Source: Hydrolagus colliei
Lineage: Eukaryota
NCBI GenBank assembly: GCA_035084275.1
Contig: CM068753.1
Location: 2,666,001-2,730,000, forward strand
Direction of reading: 5' to 3'
DNA: 64,000 nucleotides
The notes under the pieces are model-generated. The model had not been told where the DNA came from and did not search any database. It saw nothing but the letters and a program-made list of their open reading frames with translations. Each line of letters starts with the position of its first letter. Position 1 is the first letter of the stretch. Shown piece after piece: positions 25,401 through 35,774 of this stretch. The position numbers were made by a program, and so were the translations under genes.

Positions 25401-28400
25401 GCAGAACCCAAGGGTCAACTACCTTCTGCTTGATGTTTGATGTGTATTTTCTGACTTCAATGGGAGCTTTAAATGGTATCTAATCTAACTTCTTGTGAAA
25501 TGGATGAAAGGTTTTCCATCTCCCAATATTGACACACACAATCCGCTCTCAGGAAATTAGAACATTTTGTCCTGTTGGTTATAATTTTCAAGGTAAATAA
25601 AATGATTTGATGACTGCGTTAATAACTTTGACTGCTTTAAATCTACAGATGAACAGGTGGCATTCAAGAAGCAATCCCAAAAAAGTCTTGCACCTGAGGT
25701 TTTGGTGGAGAGGAATCCATGGGGAGCCCATGACACACCCATGTCAATTAACACAGGGAAAATGCTCAGATCTGGTGAAGCTACGGTAGGGCAATTTAGT
25801 GCTGGTATCTAGAGAACAATTCTTAAATTGGCCTGTGTATTGGGATTGTATTTATTACAGTGCCTTATCAAAATATCTCAAAGCACTTCACAAGTTGTTC
25901 TGTGAAGCGTGGTGTATTTGTAGGCACCTGAAGCAGATGATTTGCACCGTTTTATTGCAACTGTGGGATTGAACTTTGAGAACATGTTTGAACATTTTGA
26001 TGTTTGAGACTGTTTTTAAATAAAAACGTGAGTGATTTCTTGCTGTTTCTCGCGGTTACAGGTTACAGCAGCCGTGCCAGCCCCATCAGGCCCATCTCCT
26101 AATGGTCGAGTGATTAACATTGGGAATGCACCAATGCCTCCAGAGGCCCGCAGTGGACAATCCCATCATTTCAGTTCACTAGATGCACCTACTGCCATCC
26201 GCTCAGTTTTTGTCCTTGGGGTAAGAGCCGTCAGCACGTTTCACGTCGAGAGACGAGATACTTGTCCCAAGACACTGAAAGAGAACAGTCTTGGATGATG
26301 TTGCGAAATTCTCAGTTGCAAGTTTACTAGTTTACAGCAGAACAACAACAAATTACATCCCAAGGTGCTGGTGCAGACTGTCTGATTTATTCTGGTCTGT
26401 TGAATCAAGTTATTATAGAACTGTTTACTCTTGCATCTCTCAGGAAGCAGTACCTACGGAGGATCTTTTCAACGCGGTAAAAAAGGAACAACAACAAAAG
26501 TGGCTTCAAGAACTGGATAAACAAAGGGAGGAATTGAAAGCTAGGAAATTCCAAGAAAAGTTAAAATACGCTGAGGTATATCTCCAATGACAACCCAGTA
26601 ACAGTGTAGCAAAATGTTGTCCTAAGATTTAATAAGATGTATTTCCTTATTTGTTGCAGCAAGTCACTAGTATATCAGATTATATCCGTCTGTATTTTCT
26701 TGTTCAATAGTAAGTGCGTGCCAGATATGCATTTTTTTCCCAAATTTTTTCCACATTAGCTTTGAATGATTCTGTAGCTATCAAAATGCGTGAATATTTT
26801 CATTTTTAAAAGAACAATATTAATTTACAAAAATATAAATATTTTGTGGCGTTTCTTCCCTAAAGGTTGATTTCATCTTTTGACTTTTGGTGAGAGTGGT
26901 TTTATGTCTCCGGCTGCCTGTTGCACCGAGGATTTGCCAAGCTTGTTAAAGACTTTTATCAATAGGAACTGCAGTATTCTTCTGACTTTGCCTTTTTTTT
27001 TTTTGCTGCTTCGATAGACTGAAGATCACAGCAGATGGGCTATGCATTTTGATTCTTTCCAAAAGAATTCTGACCTCCATTCTCCAGTGACTGTCGGTAC
27101 GATCAGAGGAACAGTGGAAAAGCCATGGGAAAGTTATCAGCAAAATGCTATATCTGAATGGCAGCAATCTTCTGTTCAGTGTGCTCCTCCACCCAATCAC
27201 CTCAGCGCTGTGGGAGCGGATGTTTGCGCTGAAACTCATCCAACAGCTACTGTACAAAAAGCCAGGTTAGCTCCAGCTAGGACTGAGGGAGACAATAGCT
27301 AAATAGTCCTCTTAAGTGTATCAAATGAAGTGTTCAGCCTGTCCCTGTGGTTCTCAAAGCGCTTCTCGAAGCAGTTCTCGACGTCTACTTATCCGAGTAC
27401 GTCGCCTATATTTATATGAATCTCGTGTGAGCATTCTTCTGTCTATTCTGGCGCTTGCTGTAAACGCATGTGTTCTCTGCCTTTGTAGTTACTTACTGTT
27501 GTAAGGATATTGGGAAAAGCACATGTCTCATCCCGAGGAGAGAACCTGTTGACCAATGGGAGTCTGTTTATTTGTAGCCCAAGGTTGGGTGTTGACCACT
27601 TTGATTTAGGATTAGTTTTCCGGCAACATTATAATCCCTTTTTCTCCTGATTCTAACCTAACGGTGTTTCTTAATCATATAACCATGTAGCTGATGAAAC
27701 TTCTATCTGGTTTCGTAACTCTGGTTTTAACCCTTCATCTCCCAACATCACTATGCACAGCCATGTATAGACCATGCGCTCGGTTGTGTATCATGCATTT
27801 TCCTGGCTCGTAACCAGGACTATCTACTTGCAAGAATTTCCCATAGGGGTAACTCAGATGCTATCCCCTGCCTCGTTCCAATAACACCAGGTGACACAAC
27901 TGGACCCGAGAATCCGAAAGGACTTTGTGTTATAGTCACAAGCCGTTGCTGATTAACTTGCCAGACTCAGTTAGAGCATTCACACCATTGTGGGTTCAAG
28001 TTCCACTTTATCACACTGAGCTCAGTCTAGGCTGACACACACCGATGTAGTATTGGGGGTACACGGTATTGTAATGCTCTCCTAAATGGTGTTTACACTT
28101 GCTTTCCAAGTTTCCCAAGGCAATAGACAGAAATGGGAGTATTCTTGTTGCCTTTCAGCTTTCTGCGCTCCATGACAGCCTTACTGGATCCTGCCGAGCT
28201 CGATGAACGAGAATTACGGCGACAGAAACAGCAAGAGCACCAGGTATCTTTATAATCTGAAGCCTCACTGGTTCAGCAGTGTAGGCGACATTACATCCCT
28301 GTGAGCAAAGCCCTGAAATGTAATATAAATATAATTAAATATAATTCAGATTAAATATAAACTGAAATATAATCTCCCAAATCACCGTCTCTGCACGTTA

Positions 28401-31400
28401 CATTAAATCCTGTGAAACATGTTAAGGCTTTTTCGGCTGCCCGATAAAGAGCTCTCTGAAATGCCAAGAATGATTATAATATTTTTGGTAAACCAACGCG
28501 GTTGTGATTACCTTTGTATGAGAGAAAAGCAACTGAGCGTTTGTGTGTTAGAAAGCCATAGCCCTGCAAGTGGAGGAGCGACGCAGACACAAACAGCTGC
28601 AGGAGGACAAGAAACGTCAAGAAGACCAGAAAGAGGAGTCACGTTTGGCGGTGGAGAGAAACAAGTTACAGCAGCAGTACGAGGAGGAAAAGAAGCTCCT
28701 GATGGAGAAAGAAGTAGGTTTTTTACTGATGTGTTTACCATCCCGGGGAAGGTTAGATTAGTTCAGGATCTCACCTAGCATTGCTGCATGTAGGGAATAA
28801 TACTGCAGGTGAAATCCAGTTAGTACTAATGAGTGAGGGTTTGCATTGGTGCAATCTCTTATTTGCTCAATTGTAGTTGCCAGTAGGTGGGAGAGATGAG
28901 TTTTCCTACTGGTTATTGTGAATAGATAATCTGTTGCTGGAGACTGAACGTAAGTGCTTGTTTAGCTTTGATTAGAGCAATGTTCCAGTAGTAACTTCCA
29001 CTTGTTGGGTTCATTGAGAATCTCACACCGACCAAATTCAGCCGTTTTGTTTCCCAACAATAGAATAACGCCATCTTCATTAGTTATCTAGGCTAAATCT
29101 TAGAACTCGCCGAAACTTTCACCCCCCAAAAAATAATTTTTTGATTTTTACAGATGCAAAAAACTCGTAAAACTGACCAATTGTACGAGGTTATACAGAA
29201 AGCTCAAGAGTTGGCGCAAAGGGACAAGCAGGAACAGCGTATGAGAGAGTTGGCTCGCAAAGGACACGACATTTCAAACCTTCAGAAGAACGTAGAAGGT
29301 GTGTAAGTTTGTGTTTGGGGCTGAAGGAGACTATAATATTTTGTTTGTTCGTCTATTATATTTTCTTTTATTTTAATATAGATCACTGTTCCTTCCTGCG
29401 TTTAGGTACCCCAGGTTATGTGGGTCGGTCTCCAGGCCACTGCAGTGCTCTGGGCTTTGCGTATGAAGAGGTTAATGAGGATCTAGCAGGCATGTCGGGG
29501 ATAGAGCAGTCCCACACCACAAAACAATGTGTACAGAAAGGTGGGTCGTTTTTCTGATGAGTTCGAATTCGGTTGTTTTTTGAACTGTTCCCGCCCAAAG
29601 CTAAAGCTTGGGAGGCAATAAGACAGAAAATGTTTAGTTACACACCGGCGGGAAGGCCTTTTCAATTTGATTTAATATGAAAACTGTCAAATCATTGTCA
29701 TAAATGTCTGCAGACAGTTATTAAAACAGGTACAGGTTTCATGCTGACACCTGCAAAAGGTGATTTAGGGCAGGCTGATCTCGACACCAGGAGAAATTCA
29801 TAATCCTTTGGCTAATTGTTTAGCCCACAAAGTATTACAGTATCCCATCGTGTCCAGCCTGTACCGTGACTGCATATGTTTTATAGGTAAACGCGGCAGC
29901 CAGTTTGTTGATAGCACAAACAGCTTTCAAGTGAACGACCCATTTTATTTGAGGGATTGTTGGCCTGGACCCTCAGGAGAAACTCCACCCAACCAGGCAG
30001 ATGGGAATCTTGGTGCAAACTGGATTCATAATGTCCCAACACTTTTTTGTTTTGCAGAACACCGTGATCTAGCTGAGAAAGTGACCTACAGTCGTCAGGT
30101 TCTCAACCACAATCTGGTCAGTTACACTCCGGATATTCCTGCAGAATACAAAATGGCACCTGATGAGAACAGAACGAAAAGGGAGTGGAAGCCAACCGAG
30201 AAGGTGTTGGTCACGGGGAAAGAGAATGCTTCAAAACAAACCTCCGGAGGCAAGCGCACTGCGCGAGCCGATGGGAAAGAAAAACTGAGCGCACGGCCGG
30301 AGTGGAACGCAAGCAAGACAAATAAAAAGTACCTTCCAGCATCAAAACGCTACCCACTAGAGTTACAGGAGGAGAGAGAAGTCAGTAAAATGAGGAGGCA
30401 GGCAGAGCTGCTGCACCTGTTGGAGAAAAATGCTCCCGAGCATCGCACCCACAAGCAGCAGTGCTCAGCCGAGGCCTTGCCAGACAAAACATCTTCGCCG
30501 GGATCCCCTGGACTCCAAGCCAAAGCCACCGCAAAGGTTTCCTTTCAGGCTGAGGACAAGCTTGTTCGTCCCTCACAAAGGAAGGTAATGACTGAATTGT
30601 GGTAAATACTACAGTGCAGGGTATCCCCAACAACATTGTGATATCTACCCTATTATCTAAAAATATATATAGACTGTATATCATCATTTCATCAGATGTT
30701 GTAATGGGCTCCCAATGTTTTGATCACCTCGTATACCTGGGTACTACAGGACACGCTGTACAGCGACTCATTGTCTCCCTGGCCAGATCAGCCGCATAGA
30801 ATGTCCTGGCCAGAAGGGAGATTTTGATGGACTAAGGCGAGTCTGGGAAAAGCGATTTAGTTTAAATCCTCTTCCAAGAAGTGTACCTTATGCTTGTAGA
30901 AAAATTAAGGATAAATCATTTCACGGTAGCTGGGGAAAATGAGGTGGAAATTTGCAGAAAGTGGGGTGTTCAATTGATTTTGACACTTGGAAGATGTCTA
31001 GAATATTGAAACCCATTCAAAAAAAAGCAGTTCCAGATTATATCATTTTCAAACGATATCAAATATGCAAATAATTTATGACTTAATTAAAACGGTGGTA
31101 AATCTTTTGACAGGAAAAAAACGAGGCAAGAAGCAAACCGAACCACATTGTTCCTCCAGGCAGAGATTTCAGGTGGGATTAAACCGTTTGGGGATTAAAT
31201 CCAGATAAAAGCATTATTTTGTGGAAGTGAACGTGGGGAAAGATTTTCAAGGGAACACAGTTCAAATGACCCACATTCAGTAGATTAGTAACAGCTTGTT
31301 TATTACAATGTCTGCAATAGAATGTGAAAGGTTGATCAAATGTAATTTCTGTACTTTTTGGTCAGTCAGTTAGAAACACACCAGCGTGCTCAAAACTAGC

Positions 31401-32845
31401 CCTGTTTTAAGAGTGGTAAAATTTTCCTGGAATAGCAAAACGTTCATTGCAAAGCCTTTGCTCCTGACGAAAACAAAACGGAGAGTTTGCCCTTTGCTGA
31501 GTTTTTACTGAGACCTTCTCTTGCTTGTAGATGTGATTCCCCACCAGTTCCCGCCTTGAAGAACAAACTGCTTCAAGTGGAGCAGAGGCAAGTGAGCGAG
31601 GAGACCAATCCAGCTCACGATGTGGGCGCAGACCACAGGCCTCCCTCGTCCAAATTCGTTCCTTACGTCCGCACCAATGAGGTTTACCATTTGGATCCGG
31701 ATGCTCCCATGTCAAGGCCTTCATCCAATGACCCTCAGTACAGGCAGTGCAAAGGTACTTTGCCTCCATTACACTCGCACTTACCAGCTGTGTTGAATGT
31801 ACATCAACAACAAAAACAACAAAATGACATTGATAGAGCCTGTATTATGTAGTGTTGGTCCAACACCACAATCGTAGAACAACTTCAATTTGAGTCCAAT
31901 TCATATCAAATCCGGTTTAATCAATAATCTACACTGTGTATGCAAATGACTGAAGCCGGTAACCCATAAACACAGCCCTGTCCATCACTGGGGGACACTT
32001 CCCAGCTTATTGTATTGGCCTTGAGCAGTAATACACTATTGATTGAACAAAATTTTCTACGACTGATACAGTTTGCCTGAAACTCAGACTTTGTGTGTTG
32101 TGTAAATCAAATGCTGTTCAGGTCCTGAGAGACAGGATTTTTGTGAGTTTTACTGTACTCAGATTTCTACGTCTTTCAGTGACTGACGACTCGCAGGTCC
32201 ACAGCTCTACTGCCGGACCCGAGAGAGATCCCTTACTGAACCCTGATCTGGTGAGGAACCGGGAAAGGCAGCAGGCCATTCTCAAAGGCCTTTCTGAGCT
32301 TCGCCAGGTAATGCGTTCTAATCAGCCAGTTAATAGCCTGAGGTCTTTTATGATGCGTTGAAGTGTGTAAAAAGTAAATTGGAAGATGCAATCAGTACTT
32401 GCCTATAAATGCAGTATTTATATTTTGACAAGACTTGTACAATTATAATAAAGGTACAGTAAAAGCCCGTTTATCCATGACCCAACCAACTTCCGGTACC
32501 TTCCATATAACCAGTATCTCAAAAAAAAGGTCCGCATTCGATTAGCCAGAATTTATCCGGCACAATGTATTTTTTTAAAAGAATTTTTTTTGTGTGTTTT
32601 CAGCCGAATATCCGGCATGCGCTTTAACCAGCATTGGCCAGGTCCTGAGGGTAAACAGATAAATAGGCTTTTACTGTATAAGTATTCTATTGCAACATTT
32701 AGTTTCAAGACCAACATCCAAAACTCAGTCCCACATTAAATCCTCTCCCTTTTCTCCATAGGGTCTAATGCAGAAACGGAAGGAGTTAGAGACTAATCTA
32801 CCGCCCAGCGTTTCACATCAAGATATTCCCTTTCAGCATGTATGA
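19480..32845 (+). CDS. CCDC66: Coiled-coil domain-containing protein 66 (centriolar satellite/ciliary protein), complete 19-exon CDS, 1006 aa
   Basis: Spliced by hand: 19480-19490,22784-22848,23035-23060,23439-23871,24327-24483,25028-25131,25649-25785,26062-26220,26444-26575,27018-27265,28159-28243,28552-28713,29154-29298,29406-29540,30058-30584,31114-31172,31531-31754,32180-32307,32762-32845 (3021 nt, all GT-AG, phases consistent). Recognised motifs: MNLGDGLKLET, LLCLTQEQLQQIL, QWRKELDEQVA, RWAMHFDS, FLRSMTALLDPA, FVPYVRTNEVYHLDPDAP, RQQAILKGLSELRQGL. Synteny with TASOR supports the call. Confidence 0.96.
20306..20470 (-). mobile_element. tRNA-SINE partial copy
   Basis: gtgggcgaaacgcggcagccaatt core in reverse. 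Confidence 0.75.
22784..22848 (+). CDS. CCDC66: CCDC66 exon 2 (DGLKLETQLLNGKARILLALC)
   Basis: tttgtag| ... |gtaagt; conserved N-terminal motif. Confidence 0.92.
23035..23060 (+). CDS. CCDC66: CCDC66 exon 3 (26 nt, DESEKDTKK)
   Basis: atag| ... |gtaaat; bridges phase 1 to phase 0. Confidence 0.75.
23439..23871 (+). CDS. CCDC66: CCDC66 exon 4
   Basis: gacag| ... |gtacaa; contains LLCLTQEQLQQIL; covers ORF 23574..23912. Confidence 0.9.
24327..24483 (+). CDS. CCDC66: CCDC66 exon 5
   Basis: attag| ... |gtaggt; open frame, phase 1 to 2 as required. Confidence 0.75.
24497..24752 (+). mobile_element. Older SacSINE1-like DeuSINE 5' half, interrupted by an L2 tail
   Basis: tggctcagtt...tcagaaggttgtgagttcaagcccca...tttggatgagatgttaaac resembles the SacSINE1 head as recalled; related remnants at about 5675-5760, 27965-28070 and 29885-30010. 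Confidence 0.7.
25028..25131 (+). CDS. CCDC66: CCDC66 exon 6 (LFTYFGERE...QWRKEL)
   Basis: gagcag| ... |gtatgt; tandem NAGNAG acceptor. Confidence 0.9.
25649..25785 (+). CDS. CCDC66: CCDC66 exon 7 (DEQVAFKKQ...NPW)
   Basis: tacag| ... |gtaggg. Confidence 0.88.
26062..26220 (+). CDS. CCDC66: CCDC66 exon 8 (VTAAVPAP...PTAIRSVFVLG)
   Basis: tacag| ... |gtaaga; symmetric phase 0, open frame. Confidence 0.78.
26444..26575 (+). CDS. CCDC66: CCDC66 exon 9 (KKEQQQKWLQELDKQREE)
   Basis: ctcag| ... |gtatat; coiled-coil. Confidence 0.92.
27018..27265 (+). CDS. CCDC66: CCDC66 exon 10 (EDHSRWAMHFDS)
   Basis: gatag| ... |gttagc. Confidence 0.9.
28159..28243 (+). CDS. CCDC66: CCDC66 exon 11 (FLRSMTALLDPAEL)
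   Basis: ttcag| ... |gtatct; start of the CCDC66 domain. Confidence 0.94.
28552..28713 (+). CDS. CCDC66: CCDC66 exon 12 (KAIALQVEERRRHKQL)
   Basis: gttag| ... |gtaggt. Confidence 0.93.
29154..29298 (+). CDS. CCDC66: CCDC66 exon 13 (KAQELAQRDKQEQRMRELARKGHD)
   Basis: tacag| ... |gtgtgt. Confidence 0.92.
29406..29540 (+). CDS. CCDC66: CCDC66 exon 14
   Basis: tttag| ... |gtgggt; phase 1-1; ends TKQCVQK. Confidence 0.75.
30058..30584 (+). CDS. CCDC66: CCDC66 exon 15 (RPEWN...YLPASKRYP...RRQAELLHLLEKN)
   Basis: tgcag| ... |gtaatg; inside ORF 29808..30605. Confidence 0.92.
31114..31172 (+). CDS. CCDC66: CCDC66 exon 16
   Basis: gacag| ... |gtggga; bridges phase 0 to 2. Confidence 0.72.
31531..31754 (+). 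CDS. CCDC66: CCDC66 exon 17 (SPPVPALKN...FVPYVRTNEVYHLDPDAP)
   Basis: tgtag| ... |gtactt. Confidence 0.93.
32180..32307 (+). CDS. CCDC66: CCDC66 exon 18 (RDPLLNPDLVRNRERQQAILKGLSELRQ)
   Basis: ttcag| ... |gtaatg. Confidence 0.94.
32457..32676. mobile_element. Tc1/mariner-pogo (Tigger-like) MITE, 220 bp, in CCDC66 intron 18
   Basis: TIRs cagtaaaagcccgtttatc / gataaataggcttttactg (17/19 match), flanked by TA on both sides. Confidence 0.85.
32762..32845 (+). CDS. CCDC66: CCDC66 last coding exon (GLMQKRKELET...stop)
   Basis: catag|GGTCTAATG ... TGA at 32843-32845. Confidence 0.92.
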   Translation, partial: GLMQKRKELETNLPPSVSHQDIPFQHV

Positions 32846-33567
32846 TGAATTAGAAACAAATTATGCTGAGATAGCGCAATATACCCTCTGAAATTCATGG
32901 ATCAGATAGTTACAGCACTTTTATTACTGTGTATTCTGTAAACCTGTTGGAAATTATTGTATGCACTGAACCACACACCTACTGGCTGCTAGTTTTTAAT
33001 ACAGACGACTCCTCTACAAAAGTTTACATCATCAAGTCACCAGCAGTTATACGACAGGTGTTCAGTGCCTCGGGATGTCCTCCCGACGTGAAAGGCACTA
33101 CACAAATGTAATTTTATTGTTGTACTGTTGGGCAGGCCTATGCAAAAGTATGAATGGCGTTGACTTCTAACGTGGCAAAAGACTGGCTGTTTATCTGATA
33201 CAAGCAGTCGAGACATCTTTGATGAGAGGGGGAAGGTCATGTTTTGTTAGGGCTTCCTGTTCCTCATTCAATGTTGGACTTGCTAAATTGAGCTGGCTTT
33301 AAGAGTTAATGGGTTACTTACTGTTCCTTTCAGTGCTGCACATACTATATTAAGAATGTTGTATGGCTTTTTTTGCTAATTTGACTACTTCCAGGTGCAG
33401 GATTTTACACAAGCGTAGATTTGAGCCTCCCTCATACCCAATCTGTAAACTATACCACGGCCTGTACAAAACACCTGAAGAAAAAATTGATTTCTTAATA
33501 CACTTAATTGACCATTACTTCTACTTTTAAACTTGTGTTGAATATGTTGTTTTGAGTGAGTAAATTA

Positions 33568-33619
33568 AATAAAGCTTTGTTTTTCATTATTTTGGCAATT
33601 CATCCACAACTGAAATAAA
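33568..33619 (+). terminator. Candidate CCDC66 polyadenylation signals
   Basis: AATAAA at 33568 and 33614, followed by T/GT-rich sequence about 720 nt after the stop. Confidence 0.55.
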
Positions 33620-33810
33620 TTGTGCCAATTAGTAATTGTGTGGATTCAATTCTTTAATTGTTGTTTGCAAGTTGTCTGTCTAGTCTAGGGGTTTAAGAAA
33701 ATGTGTTTAGGCTACAATTCAAACGCAGAACTTTCTGTCCTTTCCCACTGTCCCAAATCTACATGGCAAGTTTTTAGTTGCACAGTGCCATATTATATCA
33801 AATGCAAGGA

Positions 33811-34075
33811 TTATTATTATATCGCGTTTCACATCTTCTAGACGTCTCAGTGAATTAACTATATTTGTGGGTGAAACACAACAGCCAATTAGTCTCCCAC
33901 AAACAGTCATGGATTGAAATGAACAATTTATTATTGTTTTTTGGGAGGGATTATTAGGCATGAGTGTGTGTAGAGTAAGGAAACTTGCCCAAGGTTTCGC
34001 CCTGACCTGCCTTGATTTGAAACAGGTCTCAGGCTTGTAAGACAAGTGCTCTAACCCACTGAGCTACTGGACTCC
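33811..34075 (-). mobile_element. Near full-length tRNA-SINE between the CCDC66 and TASOR 3' ends
   Basis: Reverse head ctaacccactgagctac at about 34051, plus core and tail. Confidence 0.85.
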
Positions 34076-34212
34076 ACAATGATGGATGCAGTCCAGATTT
34101 ATATGCTTAGTTACCAAGACAGTTTAATGTGCACAACTGATTATTTTTTAAAGTTTATAAAATCAGAAATTAAATTTGAACGTCAAAATTGAGGGAAGTA
34201 AATTTTAAACAT

Positions 34213-34280
34213 TTTATTAATACAACAGTGGAAGAACTTTACAATATTTACATTGTTCAGTTTTATGCAAGCGTTTTATT
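34213..34280 (-). terminator. Candidate TASOR polyadenylation signals
   Basis: AATAAA on the minus strand at 34280-34275 and 34218-34213, ending an AT-rich, repeat-free 3'UTR of about 0.9 kb. Confidence 0.6.
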
Positions 34281-35145
34281 TAATGCTGGAGAAAACACGT
34301 GCCAAATCGGCAATACACTTGATGTTGAGGTATATGAACACAGTTGAGTACAGCATGCTGCTGTAAGGCCAAATAAACATTACTAAACATGCATAACTTT
34401 TAAAAAAAAGTTCATGAAACTGTACAAAATAAATTAAATCTTATCAAAAATGAAACTGAAGATCAAAAGTAAAGTCTTTGAAATCTTAAGCAAAAATGCA
34501 TCTTTTTTTAGCAACATTGGTCAGACTTAACAGGCTGATAATATGAAATGGTTGAAACTGCATATCACATTATGTTCAAACATACTCTGATCACACACAA
34601 AGTGTAACATGCTTCAAAAAGAAATGCTTTGCAGTACAGTTTGACTTGAGATGTGTGATCAGTCACCAACAATTGTATTTAACATAAATGACCAGTGAAC
34701 TATTGTGGCTTTGGTCATGAGGTCCACACAATTCTACATTAGTTTCCTAAATAAGGAAAATATGTGCAAGAGATTACAAAAACATTTAAAGATAGCAAAG
34801 GTTTTTTTTAAAAAACTTGCTTAAATAGACACCCAAAGGAAATTCAGGACTTTTAAAAGGTTCAACCATGAAAGGAATCACTAGTTTGTGAAAAACATCA
34901 AAATGACAACAGATCATTTGTAATTTCAAACAAAACAGGTCACTAATCAACACATACAGGATGTGTACACATTTACTAGTCCATAATGACACTGTCCATT
35001 CTATCAGTTTCAGTCGACATCAGATTTAGAAAGAAAAAAAAGTTGAGATGCCTGAACGTGTACTTCCAAAGGTTAAGCACCTGCTCGTGCCAAGTTCTAT
35101 GAATTTACAAAAGTTCCATCAGGGTGAAAAAAAACAAGTTTGTAT

Positions 35146-35774
35146 TTAATATTGCTGTTTTTGCTGTTGGTAGGTCAGTGGGGTTTCACTGGCGACTCTC
35201 CAGGAATGATCCCAGTGACTGGTCAGTCTGTCACGCTCGTTGTAAACCATGTTGTGACTGCTGTAGGCAGGGAAATAGTAACCGCCGGGCTCCTGATTGT
35301 TGTAGTGCAGAGAAGCCACGTACGGAGGCCTCATTCCACTGCTCAGGAAACTCTGATGCGTCATGACGTTAAAATTCCTGTAGTCCGATTCCATCGGCAA
35401 GCGCGGGTGGAACAAGCCGCTTTTGTACGACGTAAACCCTTGTGCTTTGGGGCCCTTCTGGCCTCCCCCGAGTTGTGAAGAAGCGGAACCCGCGACACTC
35501 AACTGGACGTTGTTGGCGAAGTCGAGTTCAGCGGTTGTCGGGGCCGCGTTAGCGTCGGCTGATGGCGTCTCCGCCTCAGGCTGGCCGGGGTCTCCTTCCG
35601 TTTCACGAAGCTCGATGTGTAAACAACTGTCGGCCGCGTAAACATCTTCGGACATTTCACTACAGATTTCAATACACGGTAAATCGTCCGCCGAATCCAG
35701 CGACATGTCCTCTTCATCACAGTTTCCTTCGTTTCGAGTTACCAAATTCTCTGCATCGGCACTTGCTGCTTCGG
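35146..35774 (-). CDS. TASOR: TASOR last coding exon (DEEDMSLDS...[10 protein letters not shown]...stop)
   Basis: tctag| ... TAA at 35148-35146; ORF 35146..35784. Confidence 0.92.

Noticed and set aside
29808-30057. N-terminal part of the 265-aa ORF
   Set aside because: Intronic; overlaps a reverse SacSINE1-like remnant. The real exon starts at the acceptor at 30058.
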